From Patescibacteria group bacterium (lineage in GTDB: Bacteria; Patescibacteriota; Patescibacteriia; JAQUQO01): DNA of 64,000 nt. The translations under genes were made by a program, and so were the position numbers. The stretch is taken from positions 942 to 64,941 of the forward strand of contig JAQUQO010000001.1 of the NCBI GenBank assembly GCA_028716045.1, in the 5' to 3' direction. The notes under the pieces were generated by a model. It was not told where the DNA came from, did not search any database, and saw only the letters and a list, made by a program, of their open reading frames with translations. Numbering within the stretch: the stretch's first letter is position 1; each line of letters starts with the position of its first letter. Positions 1 through 10,511 of this stretch are shown here, piece by piece.

Positions 1-3000
1 GATTATTCCAAGCTTTACGGGGAAGAATTCGCGAATGAACTCTCGGCCGCTTATGATGGGCTGGGCGTGCCGATTTACGATTTGTATTTTGACGAAAATA
101 AATTTTATTCCGGGGATATTAAAAGTGACAAGATAGCCGCCACTCTTGTTTATAACGGAAATTCCTATAAAACTAAAATGAGGGTGAGGGGCGATTACGG
201 AGTTCATTCCGTGGCACCCGTCAAGTCGTTGCGAATTGATTTTTCGGGGTCGGAATCTTTTTATGGCAAAAGCTCCATAAATTTAATCAGGCCGTTGGTT
301 CGAGGGTTTATCAATGAGGAATACAGTTATTATGTAGCCGCAAAATTGGGTTTAATTAACCTGGATAATCAATTTGTGTTTCTTAGAGTCAATGGTCGAC
401 CCTATGGCTTAATGCATGAAATGGAACAATGGTCGGAGGAATTGCTTGAAAAAAACCAAAAACCGCTAGGTGATCTGTATAGCGGCGAGGGAGATGACAT
501 GGGGACTGAAGCGCATATTAATGCTTATAAAAAAGTTACGCCAGTTTTTTGGGATAAGTATACCAAAGACCCTTTTCAGAATAAAAATGATAATACCAAC
601 ATTCTTTTGCTGATTAATTTTTTGGATTGGGGGATGCTGGACAAATTCGAAGCAATGATTAATATGGAAAAATTTTTAATATGGAATGCCCACGCTATTT
701 TAGTGGGTAGCACCCATCAAGACCAAGTCCATAACAACAGATTTTATTTTGACAATACTTATGGCGGGTTTGAGCCGATACCTTGGGATATGAGGGCTTA
801 TTACGGTCCGGAGCAGATAGGCAATATCATATATAATACTTTTGCCGACTTTCTTTTAAAAGATATTAATGTTTTTGACAAAAGGAACAAAATATTATGG
901 GATTATGTTACTGACAAGGATAATGTGAAAGACGACAGGGATTATTATAAACAAGTGTTAGATCAAATTAAAAAGCCGCTTGAAGCTTCAGAAATATACA
1001 GTTGGGGTGCGGAAGAAATAGACAACTATAAAAGTATTGAAAAATCTTTGGAGGATACACTTACTTTGATTGCGGAGCACGATAAGCAAATTGCCGATCT
1101 TTTATCAAAAAACAATGTATTATCTGTAAATTTTTTAGACATGGGGAAGGGAGACGATGGCGAGCTCTTGGTAAAAATGGCAATCGAGCCGGAATTGGAA
1201 GATGATTTTAGTTCTTCACTGCTCCGGGGTATCTCATTGGGCAAGAAATTCGCCGGGAAGAGTTTATCTATTTATGAAGACAGCAACAAAGATGGAATTT
1301 TTGATTTGGAGAGCGATGCCCTGATTTCCAGTTTATCAATTGAAGACAGATCGGCTTACTTAGGGCTGGGCGGGATTTTGCCTTCTAAATTTTATTATAA
1401 TACTTATATTAATATCGCCCCTTACGTTTTAAGCGTTGCTGATTTTAAACAAATGTCTGATTCCGGCTTTTTAAATGATGAGGAAAAATCGCTCCTGTCT
1501 TCTGCCTATGAATTTGATGAAAAGACCGGAGCGTATTATTTATATGTAGATTCTAAAAATAGCCAATTAATAAAATTATTTAAAAAAGTTGATTATATTC
1601 CCGGCTACACTAAATCCGTTTATTTTTTGAAAGTTGGAGGTGTTGGTAGTATTTTTAATGTTTTAAGTGATGTAAAAATAGATGCCGTGAATGCTACCAC
1701 GGGCAGTAGCTTAGAGATTAATAGCGAGGCCAGAAAAATGGAAGGATCCATAAAATTGAGCGGAGTGGAAAATTTTTCCGATTCCCTAAGCCTTTCCTAC
1801 CTAACCGAACCCATCCGGGTAAGGTATTATCCCGAGAAATTTGAAGGTCCGGAAGCCAAAAGCACGGTTATTTTCAAATTTTACGACCCGGATGGTAACT
1901 TTGTTTCCAACCTAACCTATGTTCTAAATGGCGCTACTGACCATTGGGCCAATATTAATACGATCGCCGGCGGTATTAGTTTTATAACTAATATCAGGAA
2001 TAACCATAAAGTGGGGGAAATTTCCGAAGTCAGTTTTGACAATATCTTGAAAGATCAAAACAACGGCGCTAAAAGAATCGGCGCTCCTGCCCTCAAGAAA
2101 GAAAATATCAGCAAAGTGGAGCTGGAGCTGTGGAGCTGGTACAGCCCCGCCGGAGGAGACGTTAAAGTTTCTTACGAGGGATGGGAAAGGTACTTAGTTG
2201 CTTCGGTTGAGAATGATGTTTTTTTCTCCGGCGCCACTTTAGATGACATTTTCGATAAGGTAGAAAAAGTCCAGGAGCCAAATGTCAGTGACATGGAAAC
2301 ATATAAATATTTGGATAAATCTTTATATACAACAGATCAATTTGCCGCCGAATTCGGTTTCCTAAAAAGGAGCGCCGATTCCCCGAACGAGTTTACTTGG
2401 CCGCAAGGGGGATACAAAGTTGAAGAAGATATGATTATACCAAAAGGAATAATATTGATTTTTGAGCCAGGAACAAAAATCAAAATCGCTCCGGACGTTT
2501 CCGTGGTGTCTTATGGCGAAGTACGGGCTATTGGTACTGAAGATGAACCTATTGTTTTTACTTCCATGCCTTGGAAAAAGGGGTGGGGAACTTTTGCTCT
2601 TTTACGAGAAGGAGCGCGCGGAATATTTGAACACTGCACTTTTGAAAATGGCAACGACGCTTATATCAACGGTATTTATTTTTCCGGCATGTTATCCGTC
2701 TATCATGCGGATGCCAGCGTTAAAAAATGTAAATTTCAATACGCTAGCGAGAAAACCGGTGATGATGCCTTGAATTTTAAAAACGGACTTTTTACGGTAG
2801 AAGACAGTTATTTTTATAAAAATAAATCTGACGCCATTGATTTTGATTTTTCCAAAGAGGGCTCTAAAATAATAAATAATTATTTTTTAAAAAATGGCGG
2901 TGACAGTATAGATGTTTCGGGATCTAATTTTGTCATTGAAAATAATAGGATAGTAAAATCCGGAGATAAATGTATTAGTATTGGTGAAAAATCGGATGCG

Positions 3001-3480
3001 GTGATAAAAAACAATATCTTAGAAAAATGTAATTACGGAGTAGCGGTCAAAGATTCTTCATCTGCCAGAATTATTAATAATAGTTTTATTAAAAACAAAG
3101 TGGGCGTGGCAAGTTATAATAAAAAGGAGATTTTTGGTGGGGGAAAAGCTTTTGTTTATAACGCTATCTTCAATGAAAATAGACAAGATTTTGGAGTGGA
3201 GGAAATAGAGAAAAGTGATAATCGTTCATTTAATGATTTTTATAAATCAACTTGCATAGTTTATAATTCTAAATATAAATTGTCAGGCGCTAAAACCAGA
3301 GAAGTGATAAAAGAACCCAAAAAAAAGCTCCCCTCAAAAAAACAATTATTGATAGCTTATTTAACTGATACTCTGGAGGATGTTGGCTATAAATTTGCGA
3401 CATTGGTTAATAAGGCGGAAGAAGGTTTGCCGGAAGATAACCCTTTTGGCGGCCTTCCTGCGGGGGTTATAAAAAATTAA
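1..3480 (+). CDS. CotH-family kinase with C-terminal parallel beta-helix repeats; 5' end probably outside the window
   Basis: Frame is open from base 1. CotH-like motifs KMRVRGD...KSLRIDF, FVFLRVNG..YGL...EQ, HNNRFYFD...FEPIPWD. C-terminal DDALNF/DAIDFD/DKCISIGEKS beta-helix repeats. Confidence 0.8.
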   Translation, partial: DYSKLYGEEFANELSAAYDGLGVPIYDLYFDENKFYSGDIKSDKIAATLVYNGNSYKTKMRVRGDYGVHSVAPVKSLRIDFSGSESFYGKSSINLIRPLVRGFINEEYSYYVAAKLGLINLDNQFVFLRVNGRPYGLMHEMEQWSEELLEKNQKPLGDLYSGEGDDMGTEAHINAYKKVTPVFWDKYTKDPFQNKNDNTNILLLINFLDWGMLDKFEAMINMEKFLIWNAHAILVGSTHQDQVHNNRFYFDNTYGGFEPIPWDMRAYYGPEQIGNIIYNTFADFLLKDINVFDKRNKILWDYVTDKDNVKDDRDYYKQVLDQIKKPLEASEIYSWGAEEIDNYKSIEKSLEDTLTLIAEHDKQIADLLSKNNVLSVNFLDMGKGDDGELLVKMAIEPELEDDFSSSLLRGISLGKKFAGKSLSIYEDSNKDGIFDLESDALISSLSIEDRSAYLGLGGILPSKFYYNTYINIAPYVLSVADFKQMSDSGFLNDEEKSLLSSAYEFDEKTGAYYLYVDSKNSQLIKLFKKVDYIPGYTKSVYFLKVGGVGSIFNVLSDVKIDAVNATTGSSLEINSEARKMEGSIKLSGVENFSDSLSLSYLTEPIRVRYYPEKFEGPEAKSTVIFKFYDPDGNFVSNLTYVLNGATDHWANINTIAGGISFITNIRNNHKVGEISEVSFDNILKDQNNGAKRIGAPALKKENISKVELELWSWYSPAGGDVKVSYEGWERYLVASVENDVFFSGATLDDIFDKVEKVQEPNVSDMETYKYLDKSLYTTDQFAAEFGFLKRSADSPNEFTWPQGGYKVEEDMIIPKGIILIFEPGTKIKIAPDVSVVSYGEVRAIGTEDEPIVFTSMPWKKGWGTFALLREGARGIFEHCTFENGNDAYINGIYFSGMLSVYHADASVKKCKFQYASEKTGDDALNFKNGLFTVEDSYFYKNKSDAIDFDFSKEGSKIINNYFLKNGGDSIDVSGSNFVIENNRIVKSGDKCISIGEKSDAVIKNNILEKCNYGVAVKDSSSARIINNSFIKNKVGVASYNKKEIFGGGKAFVYNAIFNENRQDFGVEEIEKSDNRSFNDFYKSTCIVYNSKYKLSGAKTREVIKEPKKKLPSKKQLLIAYLTDTLEDVGYKFATLVNKAEEGLPEDNPFGGLPAGVIKN

Positions 3481-3489
3481 TTTTAGATT

Positions 3490-4215
3490 ATGCCAGAGAA
3501 AAAAAATTTCCTGCCCAGGGAAGAGTACAAATATTATGTTCCACTGTCGGCCTATCCTTTTTTATTGCAGGATTTAAAGAAGTTTGTTCTACGGGATAAA
3601 AATGCTCCGAAGAGCGGTGTTTATCAGGTGGCTTCCATTTATTTTGAGAACATGGCATTGAGGTCGTATTTTGATAAAATAGAAGGGCAGGCAAGAAAGA
3701 TAAAATTAAGATTAAGATTTTATCCCCTAGACGCAGAAAGCCAATTAAATATTGAGTTTAAATATAAAATTTTAGATCAATGTCTTAAGGTGAAAACAAG
3801 GGTTGACCCCGCTCTCTTGCCTAAAATTTTAGCCGACAAACCCCTGCCTCCGGCACAGATAAAAAACGATCCGGTTTTATGGAAATTTCTGGAGTTTAAG
3901 AAAATAAATAATTTCTGGCCATTTATCCGCATTGATTATAAGAGAGAGGCATTTTTTGCTCAGAATGACCGAGATATTAGAATTACTTTTGATTATGATG
4001 TAAGATGTTGTCGTTCTGGTAGTCAGGAGCTGTGCAAACCTTTTATCCCCGCCCTTCCGCCCGGGACAAAAATTTTAGAAATAAAAACCCCGGGTCGTTT
4101 CCCTTTTTGGCTTGCGTATCTTATAAAGAAGTATTCCTTAAGAAAAACCAGTATTAGTAAATATTCTTTAGCTGTTCAGAACATGGCTCTCAATAGCTCC
4201 TTAAGCGTTAAATAA
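3490..4215 (+). CDS. VTC (polyphosphate polymerase/CYTH-like) domain protein
   Basis: REEYKY, SIYFEN, KIEGQ..KIKLRLRFY, EFKYK, YKREAF, RITFD and ILEIK motifs. Confidence 0.85.
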   Translation: MPEKKNFLPREEYKYYVPLSAYPFLLQDLKKFVLRDKNAPKSGVYQVASIYFENMALRSYFDKIEGQARKIKLRLRFYPLDAESQLNIEFKYKILDQCLKVKTRVDPALLPKILADKPLPPAQIKNDPVLWKFLEFKKINNFWPFIRIDYKREAFFAQNDRDIRITFDYDVRCCRSGSQELCKPFIPALPPGTKILEIKTPGRFPFWLAYLIKKYSLRKTSISKYSLAVQNMALNSSLSVK

Positions 4216-4244
4216 TTTTTAAAATAATTTAACTTAACAAATTT

Positions 4245-4922
4245 ATGTCAATTTCTTCTTTCCTGGACCCGATCGTGAATCCGGTCATCAGTATTGGAAC
4301 TGTTATTTTTTCTTTTCTCCTCGCCTTTCTTTTTGGGGTGATTATTTCTTTGGTTTATAAAAAAATTCAGCGGGGGTTTTCTTATGACAGTTATTTTTGT
4401 TTTACTTTAGTGATGATTGTCGTCATTGTCACCGCTATTATGATCACTATTGGGTCTAACCTGGCGTTATCTTTGGGGTTGATTGGTTCCTTGTCTATTA
4501 TCAGGTTTAGAACGGCGATAAAAAATACTATGGACATGGCTTTCTTGTTTTGGAGTATCGCTATGGGCTTAGCCGTGGGCGCGCAGAATTACGCGGTGGC
4601 CATAGTTGGTATTATTATCATTGGTTTTATCGTTTTCTTTTTAAGTCGGTCAAAACTCTTCTTTAAGAGTAATACTGATTATGTAATGGTAGTGAAAACA
4701 AAATCCCAGGAGATGCAGGCAAAAATTTCAGAGATACTGGATAAATACGGTTTGTCGTGGAAAATAAAATCGGCCTTTACGGAGGCGCCGGGTAGTGAAA
4801 TCACCTATTCAATTTATTCCAAAAAGGATTTAAATGTCAGCGGCGTGGTGGCGGCGGTCCAAGAACTCTCGGCGGTTGAGAGTGTTTCTCTTTTAAGCCC
4901 CGATACCAATTTATTCATATAA
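4245..4922 (+). CDS. DUF4956-family membrane protein
   Basis: IGSNLALSLGLIGSLSIIRFRTAIK...D.AFLFWSIAMGLAVG signature, plus a soluble C-terminal domain. Confidence 0.85.
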   Translation: MSISSFLDPIVNPVISIGTVIFSFLLAFLFGVIISLVYKKIQRGFSYDSYFCFTLVMIVVIVTAIMITIGSNLALSLGLIGSLSIIRFRTAIKNTMDMAFLFWSIAMGLAVGAQNYAVAIVGIIIIGFIVFFLSRSKLFFKSNTDYVMVVKTKSQEMQAKISEILDKYGLSWKIKSAFTEAPGSEITYSIYSKKDLNVSGVVAAVQELSAVESVSLLSPDTNLFI

Positions 4923-4935
4923 ATTTAAAGGGAAA

Positions 4936-6561
4936 ATGGCCAGAATTAAATTAAGGAATTACCTTCCTTATTTATTGACGCTATTTTTTATTACCGGCCC
5001 CTGGTTTTTTAAATCAGGTTATCTTTTTTTTACTGATATGTCTTGGGGGCCGAATTGGGCACCCGATCCCCAAAGCGGCCTTTTTCTTTTATATTCTTTG
5101 ATTAAACTTTTATCTTTTATCTTGCCCTTAGATTTGGTGCAGAAGATTTTTATCAGTTTTGTTTTACTTGTGGTGATGCTCGGCGGGAAAAAGATAGCGG
5201 AAATTTTTCTTAACGATAAAGTGGCGGTATTTTTAGTCAGCTTATTCGCTCTTTTTAATCCTTTTGTCTACGACCGTTTTGGATACGGACAATTTGGAGC
5301 TCTTTTGGCCCTTGGCTTTTTAGGTTTAGCGATTGGTTATCTTTTGGAGTATTGGCGCGGCGGGAATAGCCGCCAAATTTTGTGGTCAGGTTTATTCGCC
5401 GGCCTGGCTTTTCAATTGTCGCCTCACTTTTTATTTTTCTTTGTTATTTTTTATTCCATATTTTTTTTATGGGGTATTTTGAAAAACGACAGAACGGGAA
5501 AGAAAAGGTTGGTTTTTAATACGGTCCTAGCAATTTTTATAGGTATTTGTTTAAATTTTAACTGGTTAGCCGGTTTGTTTTATGGCGATTCCGATTTAAA
5601 TAAATTCCTTAATTATAATATCTCCGAACAAGATTTGGCGGCGTTTCAAACCTCCGGGTCCACGACCGGCGAGGTGGCGGCCAATGTGGTCATGATGTCT
5701 GGTTTTTGGGGCAAAGACCAATTTAGATATTTGGATTTAAAGGGTATTAAGGAAAACTGGGGGAGAAGTTTTTTCCTCCTTTTGCCTCTTATAATTTGGG
5801 GAGTGATTGAAGGTATAAGAAATAAAAGGAGCCGTCTCATATCCGTCGGCTTACTGGTATTGTTTCTAGCGGCGGTCATTTTGGCGGTAGGGATCAGAAT
5901 GCCCGTAGCCAAAGAGATTACGTTTTATTTGTTTGATAATTTCCCCCCCTACCGCGGCTTAAGGGAAACGCACAAATGGGTGGCGGTTATTGTGATTATT
6001 TATACGATATTTTTATCACTGGGATTAAGCAGATTTTATCAGAAAAAAATAGTGGTTGATAATAAATTTATTACCTCCTTTTTTTTGGGGGGGCTTATTG
6101 TTATGCAGGCCTCTTTCCTTCTATTCGGTTTTAGCAGACAAGTAAATCCCGTTAATTACCCCGAAGATTGGCAGGAAATTAATGAAGATATTGTTAAGGA
6201 AAACAATTGTAAAAATAATCTTTTATTTCTGCCTTGGCATATGTATATGAGTTTTTCTTGGGTGGGGAACATAGTTACTAACCCGGCGCCGGTATTTTTC
6301 AGTTGCCCGGTTTTAAGCGGGACTAATATGGAATGGGGGGGGATTTATGACAGCGGGTGGAGCAGAGAGGATAAATTAATCAATAACTGGATAGCAACAA
6401 AGGGGCGCAATTCGCTTGCTATTAATGAATTAAATATTGGTTATATTATTCTAGCCAAAGAAGTGGATTGGGGCAATTATTTGTGGTTGGAGAATAACAA
6501 AGATACGGAACTCTTAAAAGAAACCAAAACTCTTAAACTTTACGTGGTCACTTCTCAATAA
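4936..6561 (+). CDS. Polytopic membrane protein, GT-C-fold glycosyltransferase-like
   Basis: N-terminal GYLFFTD, FALFNPFVYDR, PPYRGLRETHKW, about 12 hydrophobic segments, and a C-terminal LFLPW extracytoplasmic domain. Confidence 0.6.
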   Translation: MARIKLRNYLPYLLTLFFITGPWFFKSGYLFFTDMSWGPNWAPDPQSGLFLLYSLIKLLSFILPLDLVQKIFISFVLLVVMLGGKKIAEIFLNDKVAVFLVSLFALFNPFVYDRFGYGQFGALLALGFLGLAIGYLLEYWRGGNSRQILWSGLFAGLAFQLSPHFLFFFVIFYSIFFLWGILKNDRTGKKRLVFNTVLAIFIGICLNFNWLAGLFYGDSDLNKFLNYNISEQDLAAFQTSGSTTGEVAANVVMMSGFWGKDQFRYLDLKGIKENWGRSFFLLLPLIIWGVIEGIRNKRSRLISVGLLVLFLAAVILAVGIRMPVAKEITFYLFDNFPPYRGLRETHKWVAVIVIIYTIFLSLGLSRFYQKKIVVDNKFITSFFLGGLIVMQASFLLFGFSRQVNPVNYPEDWQEINEDIVKENNCKNNLLFLPWHMYMSFSWVGNIVTNPAPVFFSCPVLSGTNMEWGGIYDSGWSREDKLINNWIATKGRNSLAINELNIGYIILAKEVDWGNYLWLENNKDTELLKETKTLKLYVVTSQ

Positions 6562-6562
6562 T

Positions 6563-7408
6563 ATGAATATAAGAAAAGTGTTTCAATTAGTTGTAGATGA
6601 CATTGCCAAATTTTATGCCTATTTTTTTAGTTTTTATTTTATTTGTGTTATCTTGGCGTTTTTTATTGAAAGTTGGGCGCTATTTTTTAATTGGGGGTAT
6701 TTTCATTTTTTCATAATACTTCTCGGTATTTTTAGTTTATTTAGTAGCCAAGTAAAGAGCGCTATTTTTTCGTTTAAGGATGCCATCGATCGGGCCAGAT
6801 TTAAGGACGCGCTAACCCGTTGGCGGGTCATTGTTGGTCGATTTAGAGTTAAAGAGTCAGCTCCCAAAAAAATCCGGACAGTTATAAAAAGTTTATTTGA
6901 CCTAGGCCGAAGCGCTTTGTTGTTCTTAATTTTGGGGTTTTCATTAAGTCGGGATATCGCCAAGGTGTTGTTTAGGGAATTGGCTAATTTTATCAGGAGA
7001 CAAATGGCGAGGCTAAAGAAAGGAGATTATATAAAAATAGTTTTAATTATTGTAGTTATCGCTTTTTCTTTATATAAAAAAATTGAAATTTTTGATTTTT
7101 TAGTATTAAGTTACGCCCTCTCATCTATTTTATTTGTGATAGATAGTAGGGTGGCGGCGGGAGTTGCTTTAATTTTAATTGCTATGTGTTCTATTTTTTT
7201 TATTTTGAATAAGCCGTCTTGGGCCGAATTATTTGCGGTGTATAGTTATTGTTTTATGGCGATAATGATTTTTACAGGAGTAAGCGAATATATCAGGGGG
7301 GATATTAAAAGTAATAAAATGACGCAAGCTCAGCCGGTATTTAAAAAAGGGGTAGTTTTAAAAGATTTTTTTAAAAAAGTTATCCACAGGCGGGGTTTAT
7401 CCACTTGA
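6563..7408 (+). CDS. Hypothetical membrane protein
   Basis: 281-aa ORF with several TM segments, coupled to the previous gene. Confidence 0.6.
   Translation: MNIRKVFQLVVDDIAKFYAYFFSFYFICVILAFFIESWALFFNWGYFHFFIILLGIFSLFSSQVKSAIFSFKDAIDRARFKDALTRWRVIVGRFRVKESAPKKIRTVIKSLFDLGRSALLFLILGFSLSRDIAKVLFRELANFIRRQMARLKKGDYIKIVLIIVVIAFSLYKKIEIFDFLVLSYALSSILFVIDSRVAAGVALILIAMCSIFFILNKPSWAELFAVYSYCFMAIMIFTGVSEYIRGDIKSNKMTQAQPVFKKGVVLKDFFKKVIHRRGLST
7380..7405 (+). promoter_or_regulatory. DnaA-box-like pair upstream of a predicted promoter
   Basis: TTATCCACA at 7380-7388 and TTATCCACT at 7397-7405. Confidence 0.4.
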
Positions 7409-7461
7409 AAAAAACGTTTTTTTGTGGTATCTTAAAAATATATAAATAAATAGCTATTTCT

Positions 7462-8901
7462 ATGGGGAATCTTTTATTGGAAAAGAAAATTTCCAAATTT
7501 ATCTTTTCAACTCTAATTATTTTAGTATTTACACTGGTTTTCGGGGGGCCATTATATGCCCAATTCATAAGAACGACCGGTACGGAGGGCTGGGGTTTTG
7601 GGTATGGTTATGGCTACGGTGTTGGCTATGGTAATGATGGTGGCACAAAGAGTTATAGAAGTGCCGGCGGATCTGATAATCAGTATCTTTATAATTATGG
7701 TTATGGTTATATGCTTGCCGCTCCCGAAGGTGGAGTATATACTGTTACGTCGAGTGATTTAGGGAATTTATTTGAGGCAGGATTAATTTTAGTTGATGGT
7801 TCCGACATAACTTCTACAACGGAGGCTACTTTTGTGGATGATGTGACGGTGGAAGTGACGGCTACTGCCGGCACTATCAGTATTGCCATTCCAGAGGGGG
7901 CTACGTTTACCAAGACAGCTGGTGGAGCTTTTAATTTTTCTGCTTTAACCTCTTCTGACCAAACCTCTTCAGCAACCATTACCGGGCAATCGATACAAGG
8001 TGCGGTGCAGTTTGGTATCCCAAGCGTTGGTTTAACTTCGGATACGGCCGTCACTATTTCTATCCCGGTAAGCACCAGCTTGAACGGCCAGGCCCTCAAT
8101 GTATTTAAAAGCGATACGAGTGCTACGAGTGGTTGGTCGGTTGCGGCAAGTTGTATTGTTTCCAGCGGAATTTGTAGCTTCTCTACGACCACTTTCTCTT
8201 ATTTCGCCGCTTCTTCCCCGACTTCCTCTAATGACGATGATGATAGTGGCAGCGGCGGTGGCGGTGGCGGAACGCCAGTGACTGAAGCGGAAAAAACCAC
8301 TACTCCTACTACAACTCCGACTATTCTTGAAGTTTCCGATATCTTTGTGTCCGATCCTTCCAATGTCACTACTATTTTGAGCACTTTGGGTGTCACTCGC
8401 GATACCACTTCTGAAACAAAATATTTAGCGCTCGTTGTCAAAGATATTAAAGAATTTAAACTTACTGCCACCGAAGCGCAGAAGACGGCAATGACTAACT
8501 TTGTGACCTATGGTGTTTCCACGGCCACTAAGAAATTCGGCGCTGGTGAGAGAAGGGCTATATTAAGAGATTATTTGGAAACCGTCGGCCGCGCTGATAT
8601 TATTTGGTCTGATATTGAAAAGATAGCGACTGGCCAAAAAGTAGTTAATCGCAATCTAGCCAAAGAAAGAGCACAGGTTGGTGTAGTATTGAAAGTGTTT
8701 GTGAAGATTTATGGACATCAGCCGAATTTCAAGGATGCCAACGAAGACCTCGCTTGGAATACCATGATGTATCGCATTCGTTTCACGAGAGATTTGGTTA
8801 AAGAAAAAGCTGGCATAGTGAAATTTAAAGCCAAGTTCTTTAAGAGTCCGGCTTCCCCGTTAGATTGGTCAACTGTCAGAGCGCTGGGCTACATTCAGTA
8901 A
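7462..8901 (+). CDS. Secreted/surface protein with GYGYG motif, Thr/Ser-rich beta region and basic C-terminal domain
   Basis: Signal-peptide-like N-terminus, GFGYGYGYGVGYG, poly-D/G linker, and a basic helical C-terminal domain ending DWSTVRALGYIQ. Confidence 0.7.
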   Translation: MGNLLLEKKISKFIFSTLIILVFTLVFGGPLYAQFIRTTGTEGWGFGYGYGYGVGYGNDGGTKSYRSAGGSDNQYLYNYGYGYMLAAPEGGVYTVTSSDLGNLFEAGLILVDGSDITSTTEATFVDDVTVEVTATAGTISIAIPEGATFTKTAGGAFNFSALTSSDQTSSATITGQSIQGAVQFGIPSVGLTSDTAVTISIPVSTSLNGQALNVFKSDTSATSGWSVAASCIVSSGICSFSTTTFSYFAASSPTSSNDDDDSGSGGGGGGTPVTEAEKTTTPTTTPTILEVSDIFVSDPSNVTTILSTLGVTRDTTSETKYLALVVKDIKEFKLTATEAQKTAMTNFVTYGVSTATKKFGAGERRAILRDYLETVGRADIIWSDIEKIATGQKVVNRNLAKERAQVGVVLKVFVKIYGHQPNFKDANEDLAWNTMMYRIRFTRDLVKEKAGIVKFKAKFFKSPASPLDWSTVRALGYIQ

Positions 8902-8915
8902 AAATAGATTAGATA

Positions 8916-8945
8916 AAAACGTCCCCGAGTATTCGGGGGCGTTTT
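8916..8945 (+). terminator. Intrinsic terminator with CCGAGTATTCGG core
   Basis: aaaacgtccccgagtattcgggggcgtttt directly after the stop codon. Confidence 0.7.
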
Positions 8946-9002
8946 GTTTTTACGAAATAGTGTATTATAATATAAAAACATAAATTAATTTTTTAGGAGG
9001 GG

Positions 9003-10496
9003 ATGTTGCTTCTCAAAAATTCGCAAATTTTTTTTCTGGGGTGTTTATTTTTTATCATCGGCATTGCTTTGGAGCATTTTTGGCAAGCCGATATTTTTAT
9101 TATTTATGTAGTTGTCTTGTCTTTGACGACGCTTTTAACTTTTATTTGGACACGGCTGAATGTCAGGAACGCGTTTTTGGTATTATTTTTTTTCTTCGTC
9201 GGTTTTAGTGTTGCTATTTTGGCGGAACGGGAGGCCAGTAATGTTTTTATTGATTTTTATAATAATAAGGGCGAGATAACCTTCAATGCAACGGTGGCAG
9301 AGGAACCGGACAGGCGCGTTGACCATGTCAAGATAGTGGTAAACGCTGATTATTTAGCGGCTACCGGTCAAGCGGTTTCCGGCAAAGTTTTAATAAAAAC
9401 TCCCCTTTATCCGGAGTATTTTTATGGCGATTTTTTAGAGATTTCCTGCCAGCTCTGTCAGCCGCAGCTGATTCAAGATTTTCATTACGACCAGTATTTG
9501 GCCCGTTACGGAATTTATTCGCTGTGTTTTGAACCGGAGATTAAGTCGCTTGGTCAAAATAAAAGTAATTGGTTACTCGGCGGGATTTTTAAACTAAAAG
9601 GCAAAATCATTCGTTTGATAAATAAAATTTTCCCTGAACCGCAGGCCTCTTTCTTGGGCGGGCTGTTGTATGGAGCGCGGGGAGGAATTCCGGAAGGTCT
9701 GATGGATAAATTTAATCGTACCGGCATCACTCACATCATTGCCATTTCCGGGTATAATATTACGATTTTAGCGGCAGTGAGCCAAAACATTTTAATGGGT
9801 TTATACGTTTCTCGCAAAAAGGCATTTTGGGCGACGATTTTTCTGATCTTATTTTTTGTGATTTTTTCCGGTGCGTCTGCTTCAGTGGTGCGCGCCGGAG
9901 TGATGGGCGGCTTGGTGCTGTTGGCCCGCCAAAGCGGCCGGTTGAGTAAAGTTAGTAATGTTCTAATTTTAACCGCCGCCCTGATGTTATTCTTTAACCC
10001 CAAGCTTTTATTTTACGATGCCGGTTGGCAATTGTCTTTCGCGGCCACTATCGGGCTGGTTTATTTGTCTCCAATTTTTAGTCTCTATTTGAAAAGATTG
10101 CCGGAATTTTTCGGCATTAAAGAATCCCTGACGAATACTTTATCCGCAATCATTCTCACTTTGCCGATTATTTTATTCCAATTCGGTCGGTTATCCGTCG
10201 TGGCTCCGTTGGCCAACCTTCTTGTTTTGCCGGTTATCCCCTTGGCCATGGCCACCGGCTTTGCCGCAGTGGTGACGGGGTTTATTTGGTTGCCCCTGGG
10301 GAAAGTGCTGGGCTGGGTCGCGATTCTCATCCTTAACTATATTGAGAATATAGCCGAGATTTTTTCGTCTTTTTCTTGGTCAAGTTTAGCGATAGAAAAT
10401 TTTTCCATTGCTTACGTCGTCGGCGGTTATTTGTTAATTGCCGCGTTAATGTTTGGGGGACAAGCAAAGTTGGCGAGGGAAAGACAGTTGTCTTAA
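9003..10496 (+). CDS. comEC: ComEC/Rec2 competence protein, OB plus membrane domains
   Basis: TGITHIIAISGYNI, ASVVRAGVMG, DAGWQLSFAAT motifs. Confidence 0.92.
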   Translation: MLLLKNSQIFFLGCLFFIIGIALEHFWQADIFIIYVVVLSLTTLLTFIWTRLNVRNAFLVLFFFFVGFSVAILAEREASNVFIDFYNNKGEITFNATVAEEPDRRVDHVKIVVNADYLAATGQAVSGKVLIKTPLYPEYFYGDFLEISCQLCQPQLIQDFHYDQYLARYGIYSLCFEPEIKSLGQNKSNWLLGGIFKLKGKIIRLINKIFPEPQASFLGGLLYGARGGIPEGLMDKFNRTGITHIIAISGYNITILAAVSQNILMGLYVSRKKAFWATIFLILFFVIFSGASASVVRAGVMGGLVLLARQSGRLSKVSNVLILTAALMLFFNPKLLFYDAGWQLSFAATIGLVYLSPIFSLYLKRLPEFFGIKESLTNTLSAIILTLPIILFQFGRLSVVAPLANLLVLPVIPLAMATGFAAVVTGFIWLPLGKVLGWVAILILNYIENIAEIFSSFSWSSLAIENFSIAYVVGGYLLIAALMFGGQAKLARERQLS

Positions 10497-10511
10497 ATTA
10501 TATTTTGATTT

